From Oligoflexales bacterium (lineage in GTDB: Bacteria > Bdellovibrionota_B > Oligoflexia > Oligoflexales > JAPPIL01), in NCBI GenBank assembly GCA_965215515.1, contig OZ244057.1, positions 1,760,001 to 1,824,000 on the forward strand: 64,000 bases of DNA. Reading direction: 5' to 3'. A model generated the notes under the pieces. It worked only from the letters and a program-made list of their open reading frames with translations. It did not search any database and was not told the DNA's origin. A program made the translations under genes and the position numbers. Positions 28,822-38,018 of the stretch are shown here, one piece after another. Position 1 is the first letter of the stretch. Each line of letters opens with the position of its first letter.

Positions 28822-30240
28822 TCATCCCTCAATAGTCGTGCTTCGTCTTGCGCGCATTAAATACAATGTTCGGTGTGTGTCGGTTAGCCTGTGCTGGTGG
28901 ATAAACACAAAAAACTTCTCAAATTGCGTGACAAAGTTATCTCGGTGATAAAAAGCAAAGGCATGATAATTATCCCGCATATGGGCAAGCAGTGTCGCCG
29001 TGCGTGTGTCTTGACGATCGACAAATTCGATAATCAGATACGGTGCAGTGGCCGCAAAGAGTTCTGCCAGCATGTGAAAACGACACTGGTGAGAAATGCA
29101 AAGATGATGGAGTACAGCAAGTGCTAGGCTGCAGCTGATGCTGGCTGTCCCGATGCGCTGTAGAAAAGAAGTGCGCTCGTTGTTGGCAAAACCATACGCA
29201 GGGGTGGGGTTGGTGATGTCTAACAACAGAGATAACACATTTTGGGTAGAGCGTTGTTGATTGTGTTGCTGCGCATGCTCGACGGCAAGTGGATCGTTGT
29301 CACAGGTGATGACATAATCTTTGTCCGCGGCATAGTCACGAGAGAAAAAACCGTTGTTGCCCCCGATGTCCAGAACACGCGCAGCATTTATCTCTCGCAA
29401 CCACTGCCGTACCATCTTGCCTTTTTCCTTGAAAGCTACGGGGGGATAGCTAGTATCATCGTAGTAGTCTCCCCACGGTGTCTGCTGCGCGGGCAGCTGA
29501 AGGTCGCTGAGACCCGCACGCAGATAGGTGAACAAACAACGGAGTAGCTTGCGAGAAAGCTTAGCGTTTTTAGATTTCTTTTTGTGTTTATCAACCGCAG
29601 CTGCATGGCGATGCACCGTGCTCTGCACAAACGGCAGAAAGCGAGTGCGGAAAGGTAAAAGCCGTGCCCCGTGAGCTAAAGGTATCCCGTCGAGAGCACT
29701 GGTTAGCTGGCGGTTAATGTCGGGAGCACAGTAGCGCATCAACAGTAGTGGCACAACGAAGTGTCGACAAAACTGCCCAAACGCATACCAAGGCCTATCC
29801 TGCAAATAAGGAGCGAAAGAAAGAGTGTCGATAAATACCGCCCGCGAGCCGACAAACTGCACGTTATAACTCGAAGCATCCTTCAACAGCATACCGTGCT
29901 CAAGTGCTAACATGTTTATGCGCAGGTGCAGCTGTGCCGCCTCCTTCAGCATGCTAAAAGACCACTCACACGGGTAGCTGAGGAAAGGGATGCGAGATGG
30001 TTTGATCACTAGCTGTCGTTCGTTTTGAGCAACAAGCGTGTGTGAGACCAGTAGTTTAGCTTGCACCAGCTGGTCATACAACCCACTGCGCTGCAAATGA
30101 TGGTAGGCAGAGAAGTAGGGAGCGTTAATCGCCCGATACACCTCACCTTCCCGCTCGAAAACATAGCCCGCGGGATCACGAAACGACGCACCATGGTGTC
30201 GCTGTTGCCTGGATGTAAAACGTGTCGACGGCAATTTCAC
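28822..30240 (-). CDS. NoeA-like protein: kinase-like N-terminus plus class I SAM methyltransferase
   Basis: SFRDPAG, SYPCEWSF, LKDASSYN, FIDTLSF; VLDIGGNNG, ALAVLHHL. Confidence 0.8.
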   Translation of the reverse strand: MKLPSTRFTSRQQRHHGASFRDPAGYVFEREGEVYRAINAPYFSAYHHLQRSGLYDQLVQAKLLVSHTLVAQNERQLVIKPSRIPFLSYPCEWSFSMLKEAAQLHLRINMLALEHGMLLKDASSYNVQFVGSRAVFIDTLSFAPYLQDRPWYAFGQFCRHFVVPLLLMRYCAPDINRQLTSALDGIPLAHGARLLPFRTRFLPFVQSTVHRHAAAVDKHKKKSKNAKLSRKLLRCLFTYLRAGLSDLQLPAQQTPWGDYYDDTSYPPVAFKEKGKMVRQWLREINAARVLDIGGNNGFFSRDYAADKDYVITCDNDPLAVEHAQQHNQQRSTQNVLSLLLDITNPTPAYGFANNERTSFLQRIGTASISCSLALAVLHHLCISHQCRFHMLAELFAATAPYLIIEFVDRQDTRTATLLAHMRDNYHAFAFYHRDNFVTQFEKFFVFIHQHRLTDTHRTLYLMRARRSTTIEG

Positions 30241-30800
30241 TTAGCCCAACTGAGCTGCACCCGCGCCCGTGAATTGCCCAGCACCAGCTGTAGCGGCGCG
30301 GCACGACGATAAGGCGGAGCATCAAAGACAAGCAGATACTCGCTGCTCCAAGGGGTAACGTGATCAAAAAACAATTCGAGCTTGTCCTTGTTGTGAATTT
30401 TTGTGATCGCCACGGGTTCAGAACTACTGTCCCCGTCGCGGAGACGCACCGTCCACAGCAAGTAATCCCGCAAATCAACCCGCTGGGGAGCAGCAAGACT
30501 GACCAGAAACGCAGTCTGGTGCGCACGGGAGCTGCGCGCCAAAATATCGCTATGCGCACCCGCCAACAGACGATGCCGTGTGCGAAACGCATGCAGAAAA
30601 GCAGACGACAGGTGCGTAGCATTGACGGAAAACTGATGCTCGATGCCACGATAAACCCGCGAAGTGCGCGTCGAACGGTGATAAGCACTGGCATAGCCGC
30701 GGTCGTGGCGCACCTCGGGCAACACCTCGACCCTGCGGTCGAGCCGATGCAAGCACGCACTCACCACTGTCACGACGAAGATGAGAAGGATACTAGGCAG
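30237..30800 (-). CDS. Hypothetical lipoprotein (start uncertain)
   Basis: ILLIFVVTVVSAC lipobox; overlaps both neighbours. Confidence 0.55.
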   Translation of the reverse strand: MPSILLIFVVTVVSACLHRLDRRVEVLPEVRHDRGYASAYHRSTRTSRVYRGIEHQFSVNATHLSSAFLHAFRTRHRLLAGAHSDILARSSRAHQTAFLVSLAAPQRVDLRDYLLWTVRLRDGDSSSEPVAITKIHNKDKLELFFDHVTPWSSEYLLVFDAPPYRRAAPLQLVLGNSRARVQLSWAK

Positions 30801-31710
30801 TGACGCGGTTGCGTCCTGAAGTTTTCGAGGTGTAGAGCTTTTGATCGGCCTTCTCAAGTAGTTCCTCGGCAGTGGTGATCGCACTGTTCAATTCAAAAAT
30901 ACCCAGCGAGATGGTCTGGCGATGATTGACCACCCCTCCCTTGTCCTTCTTTAAGCGAAAATCATAGCCAGCAACCGCCTGTCGTAACCGCTCGGCAAGA
31001 TCACGACAGGTGGCGAGCGGCGTGTTAGGTAGAATGACGATGAACTCTTCCCCGCCAAAACGACCGAGAGTGTCGTCCTTACGGATGGTGGAAGTGACGA
31101 TCTTAGCTGTCTGCCGCAACACCATATCGCCTGCATTGTGCCCATAGGTGTCGTTAACTTTCTTGAAATAATCGAGGTCAAAATAAATAATCGACAGCGG
31201 TTGGCGACGCGTGCGATGGAACTTGATCTCCGACTCCAACGTGTCCACCACATATTGCTTGTTATAAATCTGCGTCCCCGCATCGATGGTAGCCATGCGA
31301 TAAATCTTATCCTGCACGATCGCATCGACATTGTTGCTCGCAAAAAACTTCAACAACACCGCACCGAGACGCAAAAAATCACCGTCCCGTAGTCTAACCT
31401 CGCTGCTGATGCGCTTGTCATTGATAAACGTACCGTTAGCACTGCCAAGATCGGTGACCGAAATAGCACCGCTGCTCTGGTTGAACTTGACATGCTTCCT
31501 CGAGACACTCTGCTCGTCGATACGTAAATCCACATCGGGTGACCTCCCCGCGACATGCGAAGGAGAAGCAAGATCGAGGTGAAAACACTTGCCCACACGA
31601 TTCCCGCTGTATTGAATCAAACACGCCGTCTGACGTTTCCGCGCGTCGGCATAAACGGTAAGATCAACGTCTTGGGCGATAATGGTTTTATCGTCGAGAT
31701 TATCGGACAT
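30793..31710 (-). CDS. FHA-GGDEF diguanylate cyclase (DgcB-like)
   Basis: FHA GR...SVSRKH...DLGSANGTFIN; DLDYFKKVNDTYGH; RKDD I-site; GGEEF. Confidence 0.92.
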   Translation of the reverse strand: MSDNLDDKTIIAQDVDLTVYADARKRQTACLIQYSGNRVGKCFHLDLASPSHVAGRSPDVDLRIDEQSVSRKHVKFNQSSGAISVTDLGSANGTFINDKRISSEVRLRDGDFLRLGAVLLKFFASNNVDAIVQDKIYRMATIDAGTQIYNKQYVVDTLESEIKFHRTRRQPLSIIYFDLDYFKKVNDTYGHNAGDMVLRQTAKIVTSTIRKDDTLGRFGGEEFIVILPNTPLATCRDLAERLRQAVAGYDFRLKKDKGGVVNHRQTISLGIFELNSAITTAEELLEKADQKLYTSKTSGRNRVTA

Positions 31711-31985
31711 TTTCCCTGACCATCATTGCGGTGGCTACTACCTAATATACCACGTCTCCCGACAGGAACAAAACAGCATAAACCTGACGAGTATGCCCAT
31801 GGCTAATTTGCTTTTCTCGCTGAAGTTTTTTTATTACACGCAGTAAAAATGGTGGCTTTTCGCGACACAGCTGTTTAGTTTTTTATAGTTTCTTTTGGTA
31901 TTGCCTCTATCGAGTTCAGCGCGCCGATTGCGCTAGGGGAGTTGCTCGCGGGCAGGACGATACCTATTGAGTCCGACGGCAAGGG

Positions 31986-32011
31986 TGCGGGAAGGGGTAT
32001 ATGCCTTCCCG
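31986..32011 (-). terminator. Hairpin downstream of OMP-like gene
   Basis: TGCGGGAAGG / CCTTCCCGCA inverted repeat. Confidence 0.5.
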
Positions 32012-32037
32012 CAGACAAACGTGCTGAGCACTTGTGT

Positions 32038-33024
32038 TCAGAAAAGCGTGTAGCTTATCTTGGCCATGTTCAACAGCCTGGTTTCGCCAGGTGGTGTTTT
32101 GCTGGCGTAGAAACCGTCGAGAAAGTAGTAAAAACTGTTGGAAATCTTCATTTTGTCGCTGATCTCGTAAGAAATCATGAAAGCGTTTTCAACGCCATCG
32201 TCAGAACGATAACCACTGCGTTTGATCACCGCCTCACTTCCTTCACCCTCTGCTTCCCATACGGGAGAACGACTGAGCATGTAGGTAGTGCCGACCGCGA
32301 GTGCCAGCCCGCTAACGATCTCTGGCTCATAGCTCGCCCACACGCCAGCTTCCGAACTGTAATGCGCGTAGTCCTCCTTGATGGTCAGCTCGTCCCCTTC
32401 GCTGGCAGTCAGACCATAGGTCTCCCGAATACTCTCACGACGACCCTCACCCGCGACGTTAGCCACCGCGGTCTCGTTACGTCCGATATGCTGTGTCACA
32501 TAGAGGTCGGTCCTACCACCGACGGTAAGCTCACCACCTGCCATCTGCAAGCCGCGCTCGGAAGTTATCTCCGTGCCCAGTGCAAGTGCCAGCTGCGAAC
32601 TGCCGTATAGTGGAAAAGTCAAACCAGCCCACGGCTTGAGTGCAAGCATCTCGTTATCGATCAGACTGTAGACCGCATACAACTCTGGATTACGCTGACT
32701 GACGGTGCGACTTTGAGGAAACTCCTCCGTCTCCAGCACCTTGTTCAACCCCAAGGTCAGAAACGTGTCGAGCTTGTTGTCGAGCCACTTCGTTCCCACC
32801 GTCCCCCGCAGTTGCATGAAAGGGGTGGGGTTCTTCGCCCCATCGACAATCTCGACATAGTTACGCAGGCTAATCCCACTATACGCAGTGGGAAAATAAT
32901 CCCGCCAATTGATTTTGCTGGCCGTGACTTCCTCCTCGGCAAAAACCTGCGTCCCGAACGACAGCCCCAGCACGGCAACCGTCGCGCACAGCACAGATAC
33001 TTTCCACCCAAAAACTCGCAACAT
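32038..33024 (-). CDS. Putative outer-membrane beta-barrel protein
   Basis: Signal peptide ending VFA; amphipathic strands; terminal KISYTLF; AAGGAG RBS. Confidence 0.65.
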   Translation of the reverse strand: MLRVFGWKVSVLCATVAVLGLSFGTQVFAEEEVTASKINWRDYFPTAYSGISLRNYVEIVDGAKNPTPFMQLRGTVGTKWLDNKLDTFLTLGLNKVLETEEFPQSRTVSQRNPELYAVYSLIDNEMLALKPWAGLTFPLYGSSQLALALGTEITSERGLQMAGGELTVGGRTDLYVTQHIGRNETAVANVAGEGRRESIRETYGLTASEGDELTIKEDYAHYSSEAGVWASYEPEIVSGLALAVGTTYMLSRSPVWEAEGEGSEAVIKRSGYRSDDGVENAFMISYEISDKMKISNSFYYFLDGFYASKTPPGETRLLNMAKISYTLF

Positions 33025-33097
33025 AACCCACTCCTTCACAAGTAATAAAAACACCCCGCCCCGCAGGAGACGACGCTACCGCCACCCGCAGCGAACG

Positions 33098-34135
33098 TCA
33101 AGCCTTACCGCTAAAATCGTAACCATGCGCACACCCCCGCCGCCCCACAAACCCCGCCGCCCGCAAGCCATCTACGTACTCCCGCAGCAGATCGAGGGCA
33201 ACCTTGATCCGAGTCACCGTGTTGATTTTTTGCCTCACCTCCCGCGCGCGCGGCCAACCCTTCACATACCACAACAGATGCTTACGCATACAAACAACCG
33301 CGCGCCGCGTATCACCATATTCCTGCCGCTGCCGTTGCAAGTGTTCCTCCACTACCCGCAACCACTCGTCAACATCAGGACTTCGAGTAGGCTGGGCTTG
33401 AAAAATCCACGGGTTGCCGAGCGCCCCACGCGCAATCATCAAGGCATCCACCTGTGTTCGTGTGCGCGTAGGAGCGAAGTCAGCCGCGCTGAGCAGATCA
33501 CCGTTGCCGATGACAGGGATCGCCAACGCTCTCTTGAGCTCAGCGATGGCCGCGAGATCGACCCGCTTACCGTAGTTCTCCGTGCGCGTCCGCCCATGCA
33601 CCGTAATCCAATCCGCTCCCGCCTCCTGCGCAGCTATACCGACCTGCACGTAATTAAGCTGGTTGCGATCCCACCCCAGCCTAATCTTAAGCGATAAAGG
33701 CTTCGCAGTCGCCCGCCGCGCTGTCTGCACAATGCGGTAGACACCCGCCACATCACGCAACAAAGCACTGCCGCAACCACTGTTGACCACCTTGCGCACA
33801 GGACAGCCCATGTTGATATCGATCGTATCATAATCATAGGCATCGAGACGCGCCACCGCCTCTCCGATCTCACGCGCCCCACGTCCCGTCAACTGCACAC
33901 CCAGCGCAGCGCGCCCTCGCTTAACTGCCATCATCTCCAACGTGCGACGATTACCGCGGATAATAGGCTGGGCAGCCAACATCTCGATGTAGGTCAGACA
34001 TGCACCGTGCGCCGCACACAAGGAACGAAAGGGATAGTCCGACACCCCCGCCAACGGAGCTAGCACCAACGGCACACCCGCACCGCCCCGTGCCTCAAAA
34101 AACGGCGGTAACATCGGCCTCGCTGAGCAAGCCAC
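33098..34135 (-). CDS. dusB: tRNA-dihydrouridine synthase
   Basis: LAPLAGVSD, IDINMGCP, VHGRT, IGNGD, RGALGNPW. Confidence 0.92.
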   Translation of the reverse strand: MACSARPMLPPFFEARGGAGVPLVLAPLAGVSDYPFRSLCAAHGACLTYIEMLAAQPIIRGNRRTLEMMAVKRGRAALGVQLTGRGAREIGEAVARLDAYDYDTIDINMGCPVRKVVNSGCGSALLRDVAGVYRIVQTARRATAKPLSLKIRLGWDRNQLNYVQVGIAAQEAGADWITVHGRTRTENYGKRVDLAAIAELKRALAIPVIGNGDLLSAADFAPTRTRTQVDALMIARGALGNPWIFQAQPTRSPDVDEWLRVVEEHLQRQRQEYGDTRRAVVCMRKHLLWYVKGWPRAREVRQKINTVTRIKVALDLLREYVDGLRAAGFVGRRGCAHGYDFSGKA

Positions 34136-34234
34136 CCCGCAGCATCACCCCAACCACCAGAAACCACGACGACAGGAGCGCGGCTCTAGAAGCTTCCGTA
34201 CCGCAACGCAAATGACAAAAAACACCTGCCCGAA

Positions 34235-34684
34235 TCAGTCGCAATAGTAGCCGCCAAACCTATCGCAATCACTGACGGCGGGATTATCTGGAGTGCGGCT
34301 GTGCTCATGCCCATGGTCTTCGTCCTCACCACCTTCTTCCGACCACACGGGCTCACCACACTGCCAGCCCCAACCTGTCAGACGACTGATCAGTAACTCA
34401 GCTTTGCGCTCGCAATAACCCTCGGTATGATGGGCATGCCACAACACCAGCCATCCTGCCTCAGGGCGTTCGATCGGCTTCGCATAGCGCACTTCACACG
34501 GGACATGCTGTGCGTCAGCCAAATACGCCACCCTCACCAGACGCTCTTTGCTGCCGTGCTGACACGTAGTCGTATAGCCGTTGTAAAAAGGCCCAAAAAC
34601 ATCATCATCATCAGAAGCAGAAGCGGGGGCAACGCCGCTCAGCGCAAGCACGCCCAAAAACACCATCAAGTAAACTCGCATCAT
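34235..34684 (-). CDS. Secreted Cys-containing hypothetical protein
   Basis: Signal peptide; CEVRY...LWHAHHTEGYC...GWQC. Confidence 0.65.
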   Translation of the reverse strand: MMRVYLMVFLGVLALSGVAPASASDDDDVFGPFYNGYTTTCQHGSKERLVRVAYLADAQHVPCEVRYAKPIERPEAGWLVLWHAHHTEGYCERKAELLISRLTGWGWQCGEPVWSEEGGEDEDHGHEHSRTPDNPAVSDCDRFGGYYCD

Positions 34685-34723
34685 TCCTCTCCCAAAAACA
34701 AAAATCATGGCAGGAAACCAACC

Positions 34724-36580
34724 TCACCGCGGAAAACCACCCCCACCGTCGCGGCATCTCTCGTACAGGGAGGTGCTGTCCCCCAAGTTAACACCGACCT
34801 CTCTTGGCGTAAATGCTTTTCGCACCTCGGGAAAAAATTTCGCTACCCCCGCATCGAGACGCACAACGCTATCGCTATAATGACGAGCCAGTCGTTGATC
34901 GTGCAAAGAGGCGATCACCGTGTGCCCCTGCCACGTAAGACGACGCAACATACGCATCACCTGCCGCTCCTGCTGACCATCGAGTGCCGCAGTCGGTTCG
35001 TCGATGATAACGAGCGGACTAGCATTGTTGAAACCACACGCTAACATTACCCGCTGCCGTTCACCCGCACTCAAAGTATTGACCGCACGACTACGAAAAT
35101 TCGTCAGTCCCAGTTGCTGTAAAATCATCTCGGTGTGCGCATGGTCATGCGCCTGCGGCATACCCTGATGCCAAGGATAACGTCCGAGCAACACCACCTC
35201 ATACACTGAAAAAACAAAACTCGGTAACCGCATCTCAGGAATCCAACTCAACAACCTTGCCCGCTGCCTAGCCGACATCACAGTAACTGACATATCATTC
35301 AACAACACCCGCCCCTCACCCGCAAGACCGACAAGACACCGCAACAAAGTCGTCTTGCCCGCCCCATTACGCCCCAACACACTGATAAACTTTTGCCCCC
35401 CTAACGTGCAGCTGAAAGGGTGCAAAATTTTTTTCCCGCCAACAGTAGCTTGCACATTTTGCAATTCCAATTTTAAGCAAGGCACACAGGGTGGCGACGA
35501 AGACGGGGGTGCGACACGCAGGCGCGGTGCAGGTGGAACATAGGCAGGGCGGCGATTTTGTTGCAACAACACGAAGAGAAAAAAAGGGCCGCCGAGCAGC
35601 GCGGTGACGATACCCACATCGAGTTCACGCACCCCACCCCAGACACGGGTCAACACATCGACGAGCAGCGTAAAACTCATGCCATTGATGATGCTCTTGC
35701 CGAGCAGATTGCGGTGCTCAGCGCCGTAAAAAAGACGACACACATGGGGAATCATCAGCCCCACGAACGGCAACGCGCCCGCTACCGCTACCGTGCTGCC
35801 CACCAGCAAGGCGATCGCCACGATGGCCAGCGCACGCAGACGCACCAAGCTGAGACCGAGCGCACGCGCCACATCTTCCCGCAAACACAACACATCGAGC
35901 GGCACACAGATACGGTAACAGAGCACACCTCCCAACAGACAGGGTAACAGCAACAGCGGCACGTGCGACCAGCCTCGCCCCGCGAACCCCCCGAACAACC
36001 AGTGCAACACACTGCCGATACGATAGTGTTCTTCGATCAGCAAAAAAATAACTAACGAAGTCAGTGCACCGCAGAAGGCATTGATGGCAAAGCCTGCCAG
36101 CAACAAGCGTTCCGTGGAGGCGATGAGATGGCGTTGGGCGAGAAAAATTACCCCTGCGGTGACTAGCAATGCCCCCGTGAAAGCCGCTAGCGGCAGGCTA
36201 TACCAGTGATGCAGCACCGTGCCGCCATAAAACGCAAGTACAGCCCCCAGACCACCACCGCTCGAAGTCCCCAACACCGCGGGGCTGGCCAAGGCATTGC
36301 GGAACAAACCCTGACTAACCACTCCTGCCGCCGCCAACGCCCCGCCGCACAGTGCCGCAATCAAGGTACGAGGCACCCGCAACTCCCCAAACACCACGAC
36401 GGCTAGCGGATCGAGGCTGACACAGGCACTACCCAAATAACAAGCAAGCCAGTCACGCAACAGGGTATACAAGTCCGCTAAACCCAGACCACTGCTACCG
36501 ATGTGCAACGATAACAGCAGCACCACGCACAGCAGCAGGCGACCGCTGCTATGGCGCAGAAAAACAGAAGCTTTCGCCAC
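34724..36580 (-). CDS. Fused FecCD/BtuC permease + ABC ATPase (iron-chelate/heme/B12 class)
   Basis: RVPRTL, QGLFRNALASP, FVGLMIPH, GGPFFL, then GRNGAGKTT, LSAGERQ, DEPT, SLHD in one ORF. Confidence 0.9.
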   Translation of the reverse strand: MAKASVFLRHSSGRLLLCVVLLLSLHIGSSGLGLADLYTLLRDWLACYLGSACVSLDPLAVVVFGELRVPRTLIAALCGGALAAAGVVSQGLFRNALASPAVLGTSSGGGLGAVLAFYGGTVLHHWYSLPLAAFTGALLVTAGVIFLAQRHLIASTERLLLAGFAINAFCGALTSLVIFLLIEEHYRIGSVLHWLFGGFAGRGWSHVPLLLLPCLLGGVLCYRICVPLDVLCLREDVARALGLSLVRLRALAIVAIALLVGSTVAVAGALPFVGLMIPHVCRLFYGAEHRNLLGKSIINGMSFTLLVDVLTRVWGGVRELDVGIVTALLGGPFFLFVLLQQNRRPAYVPPAPRLRVAPPSSSPPCVPCLKLELQNVQATVGGKKILHPFSCTLGGQKFISVLGRNGAGKTTLLRCLVGLAGEGRVLLNDMSVTVMSARQRARLLSWIPEMRLPSFVFSVYEVVLLGRYPWHQGMPQAHDHAHTEMILQQLGLTNFRSRAVNTLSAGERQRVMLACGFNNASPLVIIDEPTAALDGQQERQVMRMLRRLTWQGHTVIASLHDQRLARHYSDSVVRLDAGVAKFFPEVRKAFTPREVGVNLGDSTSLYERCRDGGGGFPR

Positions 36581-37114
36581 TCAAGAGCCTTCCGTGGCGG
36601 GAGGTAGAACATTGCTAAATTGCCAGCGTTCGACGTAGGTGGCATAGCTGGCGGTAAAATCGCTTTCATCCCACTGCTCGATGGTAATGAAACGCTTGTC
36701 CTGGGTGTCAATCAGTTCCCAGTAGATAAACTCCTCCGCCTCTTTGCCCTGTTCGCGATAGAACAACCCCGTGCCCGACTCTTCGAGATGATATTGCTGC
36801 CCTTGCCAAGTGACGATGCGGGGAGGATCTTCGGTATCGAGAATACTGCGGCGCACATCGGGTGTCAGTGCAGCTAAGGCTATCTTTGTTCCCCAACACC
36901 AGCTGACTTCGTCATCACAGCTGCGCTGCAAAAAACAACGCTCATTGCCGTGCTCGATTTCCCACTCCCGTGCCTGGTGATGCTTGCCGTAAACGTAGTC
37001 ATGCACCGCCAGCACTTGCCAGGTACGCATGTCGTAATCAAACAGGTAACCACGCTGCATGTCGTGCAAGGCAAGCGATGCGGGCGTAGGCTTTTTTTTG
37101 AAAAAATTAAACAC
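36581..37114 (-). CDS. DUF4178 domain protein
   Basis: GYLFDYDMRTWQV...REW...PPRIVTWQG...TIEQWDE. Confidence 0.75.
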   Translation of the reverse strand: MFNFFKKKPTPASLALHDMQRGYLFDYDMRTWQVLAVHDYVYGKHHQAREWEIEHGNERCFLQRSCDDEVSWCWGTKIALAALTPDVRRSILDTEDPPRIVTWQGQQYHLEESGTGLFYREQGKEAEEFIYWELIDTQDKRFITIEQWDESDFTASYATYVERWQFSNVLPPATEGS

Positions 37115-37178
37115 ACCCCCTCCGTGCAGTGTGCGTCACCGCGCTGCCCAGATCGCCAGCAGGCTTTTGCTGTCCAAG

Positions 37179-37258
37179 TGGGGACGGAGAGACTCGAACT
37201 CTCACGCCGAAGCACTGGATCCTAAGTCCAACGTGTCTACCAATTCCACCACGTCCCC
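37179..37258 (-). tRNA. tRNA-Leu (anticodon TAG), CCA not encoded
   Basis: GGGGACG acceptor; GGAATTGGTAGAC D-arm; loop CTTAGGA; variable arm; GTTCGAGTC T-arm. Confidence 0.95.
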
Positions 37259-37392
37259 CCTGTGCGAGCGGCCTAAGGCTTTCCACAGCAGATCTGCGGA
37301 AAACTGCCGTAGCTCCGCTGACAGCCTGTAACCACACCCTCTATAGATAACAAAAGCTGTTTAATTGCAGTGTGGACAACCTTAAGCACACA

Positions 37393-37752
37393 CTATAGCC
37401 CCGCCGCACTCTTAGCACGTTGCACCAGGGCACGGAACGCTGCTTGATCGGTAAGAGCGATATCTGCCAGCACGCTGCGATCGAGTGCGATACCTTCCTT
37501 CTTTAGTCCGTAGACGAACTGCGAGTACTTGATATCCAGCTCGCGGCAGGCCGCGTTTATCTTCACGATCCACAGACGACGAAACTCTCTTTTCTTGACT
37601 CGACGATCGCGGTAGGCGTAGGCCAGCCCGCGTCGCAACACCTGCATAGCCCCGCGCAGGGTGCGGCTGCGTGCACCACGATAACCGCGCACCGCCGCCA
37701 TGATCTTCTTGCGTCGCCGCCGCGCCTTGAAACCCCGTCTCACTCTAGCCAT
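37393..37752 (-). CDS. rplT: 50S ribosomal protein L20
   Basis: MARVRRG...YAYRDRRVKKREFRRLWI. Confidence 0.98.
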   Translation of the reverse strand: MARVRRGFKARRRRKKIMAAVRGYRGARSRTLRGAMQVLRRGLAYAYRDRRVKKREFRRLWIVKINAACRELDIKYSQFVYGLKKEGIALDRSVLADIALTDQAAFRALVQRAKSAAGL

Positions 37753-37761
37753 GTTTTTCCT

Positions 37762-37956
37762 CTATGCACTGAGACATCTCCTGATAGCCCCGCTGTCACG
37801 GCTGTGCACGTACGTCTGTTTTTTCAATCTGTTCTTACGGGAGCGTGCCTTCTTGGTCAAAATGTGACCTTTGTTCGCCTTCGACCGCTTGATCTTGCCC
37901 GAACTCTTGAGAATGAAACGCTTCTTCGCCGCTCGTTTAGACTTTAACTTAGGCAT
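37762..37956 (-). CDS. rpmI: 50S ribosomal protein L35
   Basis: MPKLKSKRAAKKRF...HILTKK. Confidence 0.97.
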   Translation of the reverse strand: MPKLKSKRAAKKRFILKSSGKIKRSKANKGHILTKKARSRKNRLKKQTYVHSRDSGAIRRCLSA

Positions 37957-37987
37957 CACTCACCCCACCACCTCACCGAGGCGGTGC

Positions 37988-38016
37988 ACCGTAGCACGAT
38001 TGTGGTGCAATGGCAA
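37988..38016 (-). promoter_or_regulatory. Putative sigma70 promoter for rpmI-rplT
   Basis: TTGCCA-17 nt-TACGGT with TG extended -10. Confidence 0.4.
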
Positions 38017-38018
38017 CG

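Noticed and set aside
37115..37260. tRNA-Leu as an integration site for an island
   Set aside because: No integrase and no duplicated tRNA 3' end seen in the window
37371..37379. DnaA box (TTGTCCACA) suggesting oriC
   Set aside because: Single imperfect box, no cluster and no dnaA context
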